Source of the DNA: an uncultured Candidatus Saccharibacteria bacterium
GTDB lineage: Bacteria; Patescibacteriota; Minisyncoccia; Ryanbacterales; GWA2-47-10b
Reading direction: 5' to 3'
NCBI GenBank assembly: GCA_964356915.1
Contig: CAYHJF010000001.1
Span: 215,011-279,010 of the forward strand
DNA: 64,000 bases
Shown here: positions 47,231-56,908 of the stretch, piece after piece
How positions within the stretch are numbered: the first letter of the stretch is position 1
Layout: each line of letters starts with the position of its first letter
Position numbers and translations under genes: made by a program
Notes under the pieces: model-generated
What the model was told of the DNA's origin: nothing
The model's database searches: none
The model's input: the letters and a program-made list of their open reading frames with translations, nothing else

Positions 47231-49426
47231 ATGAATAAGGCCTTACTTGTAGGTGGTGCGATTCTCGGAATTGGCGTGATCACTCTCGGCATGTGGCTCT
47301 CGATATCTTTTAATGTTGCCGATCTGCAGACTCCGCCATCGTTACTCGTTTATACGAAAACTTCTTCAACGTCGAAATTAGTTAAATATAGATTTGCCGC
47401 CACGTACACAGGAGAGGCGAGTACGGTTGGCGAGTTTCGGGTTACAAAGAAGGATGATGGTCCAGAGCTTCCATGGACAGCAACGGTAGATGTTCCATGG
47501 CTTGAGATTCTTCCTGATGCAGGAATGACACCTTCAATTTTTAGAGTGACTTTCAATCGTGCAGAGCTTGCGCAAGGCTCTCAGTATGCAAACATTACCT
47601 TTGCAGTAAATGGTGTAGCACAGCCCCCTTTTCAAATTCAAGTAGATTGTAATAATGCTACGAATAATGATATCCCATGTGCGGGGTCTGGAGGAACGAC
47701 GACACCCCCGCCGACCGATAATCCTCCTTCAACCTCGGGCTATCAATGTGGTGATGGTATTGATAATGATGGCGACGGAAGAGCGGACTATCGTAGTGGT
47801 ACAACTGACGAAGATGGCGACGGGCGCATTGATTATGGAGATGCCCAGTGCAATAGTTTAAGCGATAATGATGAGGATCATGGAACGCCGTACGTGCAAT
47901 GTTCTGATGGCGTCGACAATGATGAAGATGGTTTGATTGACTTTGGGCCTAATGCCGCAAAGAATGATCCAAATTGTTCGAGCAGAGGAGATGATTCTGA
48001 AAATACTGGAAGCGGAACAACACCTCCACCATCTTCAACTCCAAAACAATGTGGTGACGGGGCTGACAATGATGGAGACGGGTTTGTAGATTATCCAGCA
48101 GATCCTGGATGTACAAGTCTTACTGATTCAAGCGAGTCAAATACGGTTTATCAATGTTCTGACGGGAAGGATAATGATGGAGATGGATTTATAGATTTTC
48201 CAGCCGATCCAGGATGCACGGGTACGGGTGATTCAAGCGAGTCCAATACAGTTAGAGAGTGTTCCGACGGGAAGGATAACGATAGTGATGGGTTAATAGA
48301 TTTCCCTGCAGATTCAGGTTGTACGAGTAAGTCTGATAGCAGCGAGAATAATAATACATCAGGAGGAGGTAAGGTATCTTTGCCGCCACTCCCGCCAATT
48401 CGACCAACATATCAAGATCTTTCTATTAAATTATGGCAAGATGTCGGGTCTTACGTAAAAAGTAAAAACCAAGCATTCAATTGGTATCGCGGGAAAATAG
48501 CATCTCAGACATACCGCGATGCAATGCAACAATCTTTAATTGCTATCTATGCGCCAGAAGCTGTTCGTTACGCGCGTGGAGTGCCACGGTGTGCGAGCGC
48601 TGTTTCCAAGGCTCTGAGCTCTAGTAGTGGAATTTCAGAAGTTATGGAGCGACTCGCGCTTAACTATGAAATTAAAGGTATAAACGGGTCATGGAAAGTT
48701 CCAGAACAAGGACGTCATTATTCTTTTGGACAAATTATTCTTGAAGATATCCAAGAGTGTTCTCTTACCGCTCCTTCGGTATGTGGATCGAGCTCTCTCA
48801 TGAATAAAGATCTTCAAGATCTTCTCAACTTACGAATTGAAAACGGCCAATGTGTTAAAGGTGCTGCATTTACGATTCCACCAAAGTTAGAAGATGAAAA
48901 TAAGGCTCGTGCCAATGATGGTCTGATGACGAAGAAGGCCGTCCTGTCTCCTCTTTCATCTACACAGATGGAATTATTACACGCAACTCATATGGCACAC
49001 GTGGCAGTATCCAACTGGCGCTGTGGTGCGAGTGCTCCTGCAGCAGGGATAGTTACAAGGGCGCATCAAGCATTTGAGGCGACAGCCAAAAACGAAACCG
49101 AACATCACTTCTTCCGCATGAAGGATTTTGCTGGAGCCGTGGATGCTGGATGGTCAGCGGCCGAAGTGTGTGCACTTGGGCGTTTCCAAGATGATGCGCA
49201 TGAGCGTTGGATGAAGGCAGTTGAAGCGCTTGATTGGATTCATGCACGCGCAGCAGATAACGATCATCAGATGGGGCATATCTGTATGGGCGTAAAGGAT
49301 GAACGTGTTACCACGATTCGTCTCTCTACATGTGGGATGGATAAATTCGAATTTTGCCCTCCGCTTAATTCTTGCCAAGAACTTCTCGCCCCGTATCTTC
49401 AGTCGCCAGGTAGCCCAGCTATCTAG
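47231..49426 (+). CDS. large secreted protein with five thrombospondin-type-3-like Ca-binding repeats (C-x-DG-x-DND-x-DG) and ~350-aa Cys-containing C-terminal domain
   Basis: Signal anchor. Repeats CGDGIDNDGDGRADY, CSDGVDNDEDGLIDF, CGDGADNDGDGFVDYPADPGC, CSDGKDNDGDGFIDFPADPGC and CSDGKDNDSDGLIDFPADSGC. Confidence 0.7.
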   Translation: MNKALLVGGAILGIGVITLGMWLSISFNVADLQTPPSLLVYTKTSSTSKLVKYRFAATYTGEASTVGEFRVTKKDDGPELPWTATVDVPWLEILPDAGMTPSIFRVTFNRAELAQGSQYANITFAVNGVAQPPFQIQVDCNNATNNDIPCAGSGGTTTPPPTDNPPSTSGYQCGDGIDNDGDGRADYRSGTTDEDGDGRIDYGDAQCNSLSDNDEDHGTPYVQCSDGVDNDEDGLIDFGPNAAKNDPNCSSRGDDSENTGSGTTPPPSSTPKQCGDGADNDGDGFVDYPADPGCTSLTDSSESNTVYQCSDGKDNDGDGFIDFPADPGCTGTGDSSESNTVRECSDGKDNDSDGLIDFPADSGCTSKSDSSENNNTSGGGKVSLPPLPPIRPTYQDLSIKLWQDVGSYVKSKNQAFNWYRGKIASQTYRDAMQQSLIAIYAPEAVRYARGVPRCASAVSKALSSSSGISEVMERLALNYEIKGINGSWKVPEQGRHYSFGQIILEDIQECSLTAPSVCGSSSLMNKDLQDLLNLRIENGQCVKGAAFTIPPKLEDENKARANDGLMTKKAVLSPLSSTQMELLHATHMAHVAVSNWRCGASAPAAGIVTRAHQAFEATAKNETEHHFFRMKDFAGAVDAGWSAAEVCALGRFQDDAHERWMKAVEALDWIHARAADNDHQMGHICMGVKDERVTTIRLSTCGMDKFEFCPPLNSCQELLAPYLQSPGSPAI
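47740..48350 (+). repeat. ~114-bp tandem coding repeats (5 copies) encoding the TSP3-like motif
   Basis: Periodic ggtgacgg/gataatgatgg and ccagcagatcc/ccagccgatcc units. Confidence 0.7.
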
Positions 49427-49439
49427 TAGTCTCAAGACA

Positions 49440-49475
49440 AACAAAAATAGAGCCCGAGGGCTCTATTTTTGTTTG
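49440..49475 (+). terminator. intrinsic terminator
   Basis: atagagccc-ga-gggctctat followed by ttttgtttg. Confidence 0.75.
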
Positions 49476-49565
49476 TCTGATTGAGCTTTTAGTTTGCGGT
49501 AAGCAAAGCTTAAAGAATCTTGAAAAACTATATTTTTCTGGTACTGTATAGGGACTGTAGGTCAT

Positions 49566-49637
49566 GGTGGCTATGGTGTAGCGGCAACACGACAGGTTGT
49601 GGTCCTGTTATCTCGGGTTCGAATCCCGATAGCCACC
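49566..49637 (+). tRNA. tRNA-His (anticodon GTG) with genomically encoded G-1
   Basis: G-1 followed by acceptor GTGGCTA/TAGCCAC and discriminator C; anticodon loop TTGTGGT; T-arm TCGGG-TTCGAAT-CCCGA. Confidence 0.85.
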
Positions 49638-49650
49638 CACAAAACAAAAA

Positions 49651-49670
49651 GCCACATACGAATATGTGGC
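49651..49670. terminator. 8-bp hairpin between convergent tRNA-His and a small ORF
   Basis: gccacata-cgaa-tatgtggc. Confidence 0.45.
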
Positions 49671-49690
49671 TATCTAATACGGATCTTGCA

Positions 49691-49867
49691 TTAACATGAT
49701 CTTTGAAAAGGATTGTGACCAAGAAGTTGCGTTACTCCATCTACATATAATTCCGAAACGTAGTGCTTGAGGTCGGCAAATGTTGCGAAATCAATTGCTT
49801 CGACAACCTCTCTCCACCCAGGATGCGTTGCATCAAGAACCTTCTCAACCAAGTCTTCATCGGCCAT
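49691..49867 (-). CDS. candidate 58-aa protein
   Basis: Below the ORF-track size cutoff. GGAG SD 7-10 nt before the ATG. Product MADEDLVEKVLDATHPGWREVVEAIDFATFADLKHYVSELYVDGVTQLLGHNPFQRSC. Confidence 0.4.
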   Translation of the reverse strand: MADEDLVEKVLDATHPGWREVVEAIDFATFADLKHYVSELYVDGVTQLLGHNPFQRSC

Positions 49868-50015
49868 AGGTTTTCTCCTACCCGAACTTTCCCTTTTGAG
49901 TATAGAAGAAATTTCTACGATGGCAATTTAAGGGCGTTCTATTTATATAGTCTAGAAATCTAATATATCCAATTAGGATGCGACTTTTTTATTGATTGGC
50001 GCTTAAGAAGATAAC

Positions 50016-53000
50016 GTGTTACGGATAAATAGTATGAATAAGCTGAGGGTTTTTCTAGGAAAAATTTGTGTAGCCCTACTCGTTTTTTTTGCCCCAAGTT
50101 TTGCGCTTGCTGTGGTACCTGCGAATTTTCAAACGACGCAGATTATAGGCTCTGGATTAAGTAATCCAACGGGCTTTGATTTTGCTCCCGATGGGAGAAT
50201 TTTTATACTGCAACATACCGGCGAGGTAAGAATCTATAAGAATGGTGTTTTGCTTCCGCAGCCTTTTATTGTTTTGCCAGTGATTAATACGGGCGATCGA
50301 GGGCTTTTGGGTATTACCTTTGACCCACAATTTTCAACAAATCATTATGTTTATTTTTACTACAATGGTGCCGATTCTTTTAATCATGTAGTTCGGTTTG
50401 ATGCTTCAGGCGATGTCGCGATTGATAGTCCATTGGTGCTCTATTCAACGAATATAGTATCCCAAGATTTGCACATGGGTGGAACGATTGAATTTGGTCC
50501 AGACGGAAAATTATATATAAGTATGGGTGACAATGGGCGTTCTGTGAACGCGCAGGACATGAGTGTACCATTTGGTAAAATTTTGCGACTAAATAAAGAC
50601 GGAACTATTCCATCGGATAATCCATTTATAGGACAGGCGAATAAATTGCCAGAAATTTGGGCGTATGGTTTCCGTAATCCTTTTCGATTTCAGTTTGATA
50701 AGACAAGCGGGAAACTTTACGAGGGTGATGTTGGAGAGGCAACATGGGAAGAAATTAATGTGGTAACAAAGGGGTCTAATTACGGCTGGCCTGTTTGTGA
50801 GGGGGTATGTGGCGTGAGTGGAACGACAAATCCATTATTTGCGTATAACCACAATGGTGGGAGTAGTTCAGTCACTGGTGGGCTCGTATATCGTGGCGCG
50901 ATGTTTCCTAGTAGTTACAACGGGAGATATTTTTACGGAGATTATGCGGTAGGCTTTCTTAAGAATTTAACCTTTGATGCGGGTGGCAGTGTGCTGCAGA
51001 AAAATGATTTTAATCCAGCGGCTGGCAGCGTTGTCGATTTAAAAGAGGCTCCGGACGGGTCACTTTATTATGTCACGATTTTTCCTGGCAGATTGTATCG
51101 AGTGAGCTATTCTACGGGGAATCAAATTCCTATAGCAAATGCAGGTGCTGATATAACGAAAGGTCCAGGTCCGCTTACGGTTCATTTTGTTTCAGCTGGG
51201 ACTACTGATCCCAATGGAGATTTATTAACATATAGTTGGAATTTTGGAGATGGAACAGTCAGTACAAATCCAAATCCAGTGAAAATCTATAATACGAATG
51301 GTACCTACACGGTACTGTTAACGGTGAGTGATGGTACTGATGTAGCGCAAGCCGCCCCACTAATTATTCAAGTTGGGACTCCGCCGACGATTACAATTTC
51401 AGCGCCCGCTAATGCTGCAACATATCGGGCAGGAGATCAGATTCACTATGAGGCGACTGCAACAGATTCATCAGGGAATCCAATCGGTGGCAACAAGCTT
51501 TCAACGACAGTTTTTTTTCATCATCAGACACACATCCATCCATTTTTAGGGCCACTTGGTGGGGCGAATGGTAATTTTAATACGCCAACATCAGGCGAAG
51601 AGTCTGCTGATACATGGTTTGAGATTCAAGTGAGTGCCACTGACGACAATGGGCTAGTTTCAACTAAATCAACGTTTGTATATCCTCAAAAAGTAAATTT
51701 AACGTTTAGTACAAATGTTCCCGGTCTTAAAATCTTATTGGATGGGCAGACGACAATTTTGCCGAAGATCATTCAAGGGGTTGTTGGATTTATTCGTCAG
51801 TTGAATGTTGTCCCGAACCAAGTTCTTGGTACACAAGGGTATTTATTTGATCGATGGTCAGATGACGGCGCGAATGCTCATAGTATTACTACGCCAAACG
51901 TTAATACGACATACACGGCAACATTTACGCCGAGTACTCCATATCGCGCAGAATACTATAACAATCAATCGCTTGCTGGCACGCCAACAATCACAAAAAC
52001 TGATACGTTGATTAATTTTGATTGGGATCGATTTTCTCCGGATCCATCAATCGGAGTTGATCATTTTTCCGTACGTTGGTCGAAGACAGAAAATTTTGTC
52101 GGTGGGATCTATCAGGTTACCTCAACTTCAGATGATGGCATCAGAGTGTATCTTGATGGTAGCTTGATTATTGATAAGTGGATTGACCAAGGTCCAACTA
52201 CATACACATCCATTCAAACTATTACTCCCGGAAATCATGATATTAAAGTTGAGTATTATGAAAATGGTGGGGGGGCGAAGGCGTTATTTAGTTATGTGAA
52301 GGTTGGATCAATTGTCGCACCTCCACCTCCTCCAACAGGGCAAGGGCTTAGTGGCGAATATTTTAATAACAAAGATTTTACCGCATCAACATTTACTCGT
52401 GTAGACCCACAAGTTAATTTTAATTGGGATCGATTTTCTCCTGACCCGGCAATTGCGGTTGATACGTTTTCTGTGCGATGGACGGGGCAGGTGCAGCCAA
52501 AATTTACCGAGACATATACTTTTTATACCTCTACGGATGACGGAGTACGACTTTGGGTGAATGGTCAGCTTTTGGTTGATAAATGGATTGATCAAGGGAC
52601 AACGGAATGGAGTGGAAATATCGCGCTGGTAGCGGGTCAAAAATATAATATCACTATGGAATATTATGAAAATGGAGGAGGTGCGGTAGCTCGACTCCTT
52701 TGGTCAAGCCCATCAAATTTAAAGGAAACTATACCACAGTCGCAGTTGTTTTCTACATCTGGAACGTTGCCTCCACCTCCAGTTGATGCGTATCTCGGAC
52801 AATATTGGAATACGCCACAGGCTGGTTCTAAGCCAAACTTTCCTGCTGCGCAGCCAGATTTTACGAGAAACGATAGCAATATAAATTTTGTCTGGAATTC
52901 TGGTTCTCCGGATCCTAGTATTGCCGTTGATCATTTTGTTGCCAGGTGGACGAAGACTTCAGCTTTTGATGCTGCCACATACCGTTTTTCAGTTACGGCT

Positions 53001-53627
53001 GATGATGGAGTACGAGTGTATATTGATAATAGTTTACTCATTGATGGATGGATTGATCAGCCAATGACAACATATAGTGCTGATAAGGCGATGACTGCAG
53101 GAACGCATGCTATTAAAATTGAGTACTATGAGAATGGAGGGGGGGCCATTATGAAATTTAATTACCAAACGATTTCATCGCCTCCACCGCCACCTCCGGC
53201 AACAGGATCAGGACTAACAGGTCAATATTACGATAATATTGATTTTACGGCGCTCGCGCTTACTCAAGTTGATCCGACAGTAAATTTTAATTGGGGGAGT
53301 AATCGCACTCCGAATCCAGCGATTCATCTGGGCACTTTTTCAATTCGTTGGGCTGGACAGGTACAGGCACAAAACTCGGAAGTATATACATTCTATACGG
53401 TTTCCGATGACGGCATACGACTTTGGGTGAATGATCAACTTATTATTGATAAGTGGGTTGATCAAGGAGACACCGAGTGGAGTGGAAGTATTCCTCTGGT
53501 AGCAGGGCAGAAATATACAATAAAGATGGATTACTATCAGAATGGTGGCGGAGCTGTGGCAAAATTGCTCTGGTCAAGTCCATCGACTGCTAAGCAGGTT
53601 ATTCCGAGTCAAAACCTTTTTCCTTAG
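50016..53627 (+). CDS. giant secreted protein: PQQ/SGL-type beta-propeller (glucose/sorbosone dehydrogenase-like) + PKD domain + four tandem PA14 domains
   Basis: Signal peptide. Propeller blades GFDFAPDGRIFI, HMGGTIEFGPDGKLYIS and YGFRNPFRF. PKD motif WNFGDGT. Four units with GxY(F/Y)(N/D)N...(F/V)NF(N/D)W...DDG(I/V)R(V/L)(Y/W)...EYYENGGGA. Confidence 0.75.
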   Translation: MLRINSMNKLRVFLGKICVALLVFFAPSFALAVVPANFQTTQIIGSGLSNPTGFDFAPDGRIFILQHTGEVRIYKNGVLLPQPFIVLPVINTGDRGLLGITFDPQFSTNHYVYFYYNGADSFNHVVRFDASGDVAIDSPLVLYSTNIVSQDLHMGGTIEFGPDGKLYISMGDNGRSVNAQDMSVPFGKILRLNKDGTIPSDNPFIGQANKLPEIWAYGFRNPFRFQFDKTSGKLYEGDVGEATWEEINVVTKGSNYGWPVCEGVCGVSGTTNPLFAYNHNGGSSSVTGGLVYRGAMFPSSYNGRYFYGDYAVGFLKNLTFDAGGSVLQKNDFNPAAGSVVDLKEAPDGSLYYVTIFPGRLYRVSYSTGNQIPIANAGADITKGPGPLTVHFVSAGTTDPNGDLLTYSWNFGDGTVSTNPNPVKIYNTNGTYTVLLTVSDGTDVAQAAPLIIQVGTPPTITISAPANAATYRAGDQIHYEATATDSSGNPIGGNKLSTTVFFHHQTHIHPFLGPLGGANGNFNTPTSGEESADTWFEIQVSATDDNGLVSTKSTFVYPQKVNLTFSTNVPGLKILLDGQTTILPKIIQGVVGFIRQLNVVPNQVLGTQGYLFDRWSDDGANAHSITTPNVNTTYTATFTPSTPYRAEYYNNQSLAGTPTITKTDTLINFDWDRFSPDPSIGVDHFSVRWSKTENFVGGIYQVTSTSDDGIRVYLDGSLIIDKWIDQGPTTYTSIQTITPGNHDIKVEYYENGGGAKALFSYVKVGSIVAPPPPPTGQGLSGEYFNNKDFTASTFTRVDPQVNFNWDRFSPDPAIAVDTFSVRWTGQVQPKFTETYTFYTSTDDGVRLWVNGQLLVDKWIDQGTTEWSGNIALVAGQKYNITMEYYENGGGAVARLLWSSPSNLKETIPQSQLFSTSGTLPPPPVDAYLGQYWNTPQAGSKPNFPAAQPDFTRNDSNINFVWNSGSPDPSIAVDHFVARWTKTSAFDAATYRFSVTADDGVRVYIDNSLLIDGWIDQPMTTYSADKAMTAGTHAIKIEYYENGGGAIMKFNYQTISSPPPPPPATGSGLTGQYYDNIDFTALALTQVDPTVNFNWGSNRTPNPAIHLGTFSIRWAGQVQAQNSEVYTFYTVSDDGIRLWVNDQLIIDKWVDQGDTEWSGSIPLVAGQKYTIKMDYYQNGGGAVAKLLWSSPSTAKQVIPSQNLFP
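51940..53620 (+). repeat. four tandem PA14-domain coding repeats (~95-125 aa each)
   Basis: Recurrent EYYENGGGA / DYYQNGGGA and LLWSSPS units. Confidence 0.7.
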
Positions 53628-53651
53628 ACTTGCATACGTAGATGAGTATAA

Positions 53652-53686
53652 AACTGGCAAGTAAACTTGCCAGTTTTTATTATTTT
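53652..53686 (+). terminator. intrinsic terminator
   Basis: aactggcaag-taa-cttgccagtt followed by tttattatttt. Confidence 0.75.
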
Positions 53687-53733
53687 GGTAAGTAGTTCGC
53701 AGAAAGGATGGCTACCTGCTACAGTGTTTTTAT

Positions 53734-54273
53734 ATGAAAACAAATCTCTACACGGTTACTGTTTTGCCGATGACAAAAATGCTTGAAAGTTCTTTAGGTA
53801 TCCTTGATAAAGCAGCCGCGCACGCGGCTTCTAAGCAGCTTGAGTGGCAACCGGCAGGCATGCAAGAGTCGAGTCTTTTGAACAGCCACTTAATTTTTAG
53901 CCAGTTTGGTTTTATTAAGCAAATCCAGGTTGCGTGTGATAATGCAAAGAATGGCGTTGCTCGACTTGCAAAGATGGAGCCTCCAAAGCATGAAGATAAT
54001 GAAAAGACAGTCTTAGAATTGAAGTCGCGCGTTGAAAAAACACTCGCGTTTTTAAAGACAATTAAGCCGGAGAATCTTGATGGGGGCGAAGATGTGATAG
54101 TGACCCTCCTACATCATCCAGGAAAATCTTTGTCGGGCTTTGATTACGCAACACTTTATCTTATGCCAAATTTTTACTTTCATATGACTACAGCCTACGC
54201 GATTCTTCGTAAGAACGGCGTTGATCTTGGGAAGACTGATTACTTGAATAATATTCCGTGGCAAAACGTATAG
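53734..54273 (+). CDS. DUF1993 family protein
   Basis: ...IQVACDNAKNGVARLA...TLAFLKTIKPENLDG...LYLMPNFYFHMTTAYAILRKNGVDLGKTDYL resembles DUF1993 proteins. Confidence 0.75.
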   Translation: MKTNLYTVTVLPMTKMLESSLGILDKAAAHAASKQLEWQPAGMQESSLLNSHLIFSQFGFIKQIQVACDNAKNGVARLAKMEPPKHEDNEKTVLELKSRVEKTLAFLKTIKPENLDGGEDVIVTLLHHPGKSLSGFDYATLYLMPNFYFHMTTAYAILRKNGVDLGKTDYLNNIPWQNV

Positions 54274-54359
54274 GTAAATATTTGTAAGAGTAAGTTTATA
54301 AAAACCACCGTATTATGCTGTAGTTTTTATATAAAAAGCCTTTCGTGTGGTGCGAAAGG

Positions 54360-54599
54360 CTATAGGTTTATTTCACGTAATATAGTGGGGGTGTCGTAGT
54401 GTTTCTTGGGGCAATGAGGGTCGAACATTCGTATGGTGCCATCAGACGTCGCGCATATGACAGTACCCGTTTCGATGCATCGCGAGCCTTCATTGGTAAG
54501 AAGAAGGCGGGCGAGCCACTCCAAGTCATCGATAGTATGCCAAACTTTGCATTTCGGGCAGCCTATTTGAAGCTCAGTTTGAGTCTTAGAATCTTCCAC
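54360..54599 (-). CDS. candidate small zinc-ribbon protein (GTG start)
   Basis: CPKC...HCPKKH motifs; an intrinsic terminator (gcctttcgcaccacacgaaaggc followed by ttttta on the minus strand) lies directly downstream. Confidence 0.35.
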   Translation of the reverse strand: MEDSKTQTELQIGCPKCKVWHTIDDLEWLARLLLTNEGSRCIETGTVICATSDGTIRMFDPHCPKKHYDTPTILREINL

Positions 54600-54703
54600 G
54601 GCCTATTCCTCTAAATAGGAGACTATCATCTCCAGTGTGGTTATGTAAAATAGAAGTTTTTATGTAGAAAGCAAATTTTAGAAGGCTCATAGACATCCAA
54701 GTC

Positions 54704-55006
54704 TTGAGTGTTATAGTGAAAATGCAGTGTATTTATTATAGATATAAACATACAGAGCATATGTCACTAGAAAATCCACAAGAACCAAGTCAGGAGCAGA
54801 TAGAGGCAACCGCAAGATTTTTGAAAATTGATCCAACTGCTCTTCCAGAAGAGTTTCGAGATGCTTGGAAAAATTTAGACGATTTCAATAGTGCAACAGG
54901 CTATAAGGATGGTGATCCATATGACGGCGCGCCTGCAGGTTTTGACGAGGTAATGTTAAAGATGGGTCTTGATGTTAAGAAAGATAGACGTCAAGAAAAT
55001 AAATAA
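54704..55006 (+). CDS. hypothetical small acidic protein (alternative start at 54761)
   Basis: ORF only. Confidence 0.4.
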   Translation: MSVIVKMQCIYYRYKHTEHMSLENPQEPSQEQIEATARFLKIDPTALPEEFRDAWKNLDDFNSATGYKDGDPYDGAPAGFDEVMLKMGLDVKKDRRQENK

Positions 55007-55010
55007 ACAT

Positions 55011-55295
55011 ATGACAGATATGAAATTTGAGGGTGAGCCAACGGAAGAGGCGAGCGATCAGGACACAAAATATAGAGAGCTTATTAAAGCGGCTGCAGAC
55101 TTCGATGCGCTTTACAGGGTTATTCGGGAGATAGGAGTTATACGCGGTAGCGCTAAGGAGTATCCTGCAGAGAAGGTCATTGATGATATAGAGCGGGTAC
55201 GTAAGGATGAGATTGACGAAGGATTTATTACGAGAACATATGGTTTGCGAGAAAAAGTTGAAGAGTTACTCGGCGTTCGATCCGAGACAGTTTAA
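55011..55295 (+). CDS. hypothetical small protein
   Basis: ORF with helical character, adjacent to the previous small ORF. Confidence 0.4.
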   Translation: MTDMKFEGEPTEEASDQDTKYRELIKAAADFDALYRVIREIGVIRGSAKEYPAEKVIDDIERVRKDEIDEGFITRTYGLREKVEELLGVRSETV

Positions 55296-55307
55296 ACTAG
55301 TTAGAAT

Positions 55308-55508
55308 ATGAAAAAATTATATAGAAGTGAGGAGAACGCGGTGTTCGCGGGTATCATCGGCGGGCTCGGAGAATATTTTGAGGTTGATCCTGTGTTGTTA
55401 CGTCTTTTTGCGCTTGCGGCAATCTTTATGACAGGATTTTTCCCCGGTGCTTTGGCATATTTTATCGCTACATTTATTGTGCCTAAAAAAACAAAGAAAG
55501 AGGCATAG
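55308..55508 (+). CDS. PspC-domain small membrane protein
   Basis: LYRSEENAVFAGIIGGLGEYFEVDPVLLRL is the PspC N-terminal motif. Confidence 0.8.
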   Translation: MKKLYRSEENAVFAGIIGGLGEYFEVDPVLLRLFALAAIFMTGFFPGALAYFIATFIVPKKTKKEA

Positions 55509-55546
55509 GCGTTATGTAGGGGTATACGATTTTCAAGGTTTTGTAG

Positions 55547-55783
55547 ATGAAAATTTTTCTAAAAATAATTGCTTCTATTTTATTTATCTATGGGAGTTTG
55601 AGCGTACTTACACTCATCTTACTTCTGTACGTCAGAATAATGTGGAGTCTTGATGATGGAGCTTTGAGGGCATCGATTTTCAGAGGAGTCTTGCCGCTCG
55701 TAGAAATTGCAGGCTTGGCCGCAGGTTCTTTTGTAGTGGGGCGATATTTTTGGAAAAAATCAGAGGGGTCAACTCAAGAATAA
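55547..55783 (+). CDS. hypothetical small membrane protein
   Basis: 78 aa with two TM helices. Confidence 0.45.
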   Translation: MKIFLKIIASILFIYGSLSVLTLILLLYVRIMWSLDDGALRASIFRGVLPLVEIAGLAAGSFVVGRYFWKKSEGSTQE

Positions 55784-55825
55784 TCGCTTTATTCCAAATT
55801 AGGGTAGTTTTGCTATAATTGCCCC

Positions 55826-56389
55826 ATGAATAAGAACAAGAAAACAGGCGCTATTTTAGCTATTGTAGTACTTATTTTTGTTGTTTTTTTTGGATTTTAC
55901 TACAAGAAAAGTAATCTTCCCGCGCCCTCAGAGCAGGTAAACGATCAGCAAAATGAATCTCCTGTTTTAGAAGAATCGACGACAACTTCACCGGTTGTTA
56001 CTCAACCTATAGTTACGAAGCCAAAACCAATTCGTGTAATTTCTCCGAATGGGGGAGAGACATGGGAAAAGCGTAAACAGTATCTCGTGAAGTGGGATAC
56101 AACGTTACCGAAAGAGACAAAGGCGATGAGCGTTTTGATAAAGACAAGTTCTGTTATTTCAGATCCGTATCTTCTCTCGCCAACAAAATTTAAAAGTTAC
56201 GAAATGTTTCTCCCATCCCAGTTTCCTAATGGGTTACCTGGTGAAGGATCTATTACATATGTTGTGCCAGAAACCATTCCTCCAGGTACGTACCAAATGC
56301 TTGTATGGGCTGGAAGTAATTGTACATTTTCGCGACCTATCAAGCGCTGCGAGTTTGATATGAGCGATAAGTTGTTTACGATCAAATAA
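55826..56389 (+). CDS. hypothetical secreted protein with signal anchor
   Basis: N-terminal TM segment, Ser/Thr/Pro linker and a beta-rich C-terminal domain. Confidence 0.5.
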   Translation: MNKNKKTGAILAIVVLIFVVFFGFYYKKSNLPAPSEQVNDQQNESPVLEESTTTSPVVTQPIVTKPKPIRVISPNGGETWEKRKQYLVKWDTTLPKETKAMSVLIKTSSVISDPYLLSPTKFKSYEMFLPSQFPNGLPGEGSITYVVPETIPPGTYQMLVWAGSNCTFSRPIKRCEFDMSDKLFTIK

Positions 56390-56397
56390 TATATACC

Positions 56398-56826
56398 GTG
56401 GACGGCGGACCTTCCAAACAAACTCCTTCGGAGGAAGTGGTAACCGCTGATGCTTTGTGGCGGAAGATTGAGGTTATTGATATGCAGATGGATCTTGAGA
56501 CAGGTCTCAACGGAGATTGTTTTAATGTGTGGGTGCCGATTTATTATGTTGAGAGTCTTGGGCGTCTCGATATGTTGAGACCAGCTCCGCATTATGAGGA
56601 GCGCTTTCGATTAAAAAATGAGTCTTTGATCGCTGATCATATCATGAAGATGAGTGATCCGGGGGCGGTTGTGGCATTTGATCTTTTAGTCGATGAGTAC
56701 AATGCGAATTTAGAGCGAGTTGTGCGCGAAGAGGATTACGAAACACTTCGAGATTTATATCGTCGCGCGAGTTTACTGGTTCGTGGGCAGGAACCCCCAC
56801 AGCGCGCGCATGATCCAGAGGTCTGA
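56398..56826 (+). CDS. hypothetical protein
   Basis: 142-aa ORF. Confidence 0.45.
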   Translation: MDGGPSKQTPSEEVVTADALWRKIEVIDMQMDLETGLNGDCFNVWVPIYYVESLGRLDMLRPAPHYEERFRLKNESLIADHIMKMSDPGAVVAFDLLVDEYNANLERVVREEDYETLRDLYRRASLLVRGQEPPQRAHDPEV

Positions 56827-56908
56827 GAATATAGGCTCTTGACGTAAGCTTGATTTTTTGTTAGTCTTTTGATAGAGAGTTTTTTCTACCAAAGGAGGAG
56901 ACGCGACC

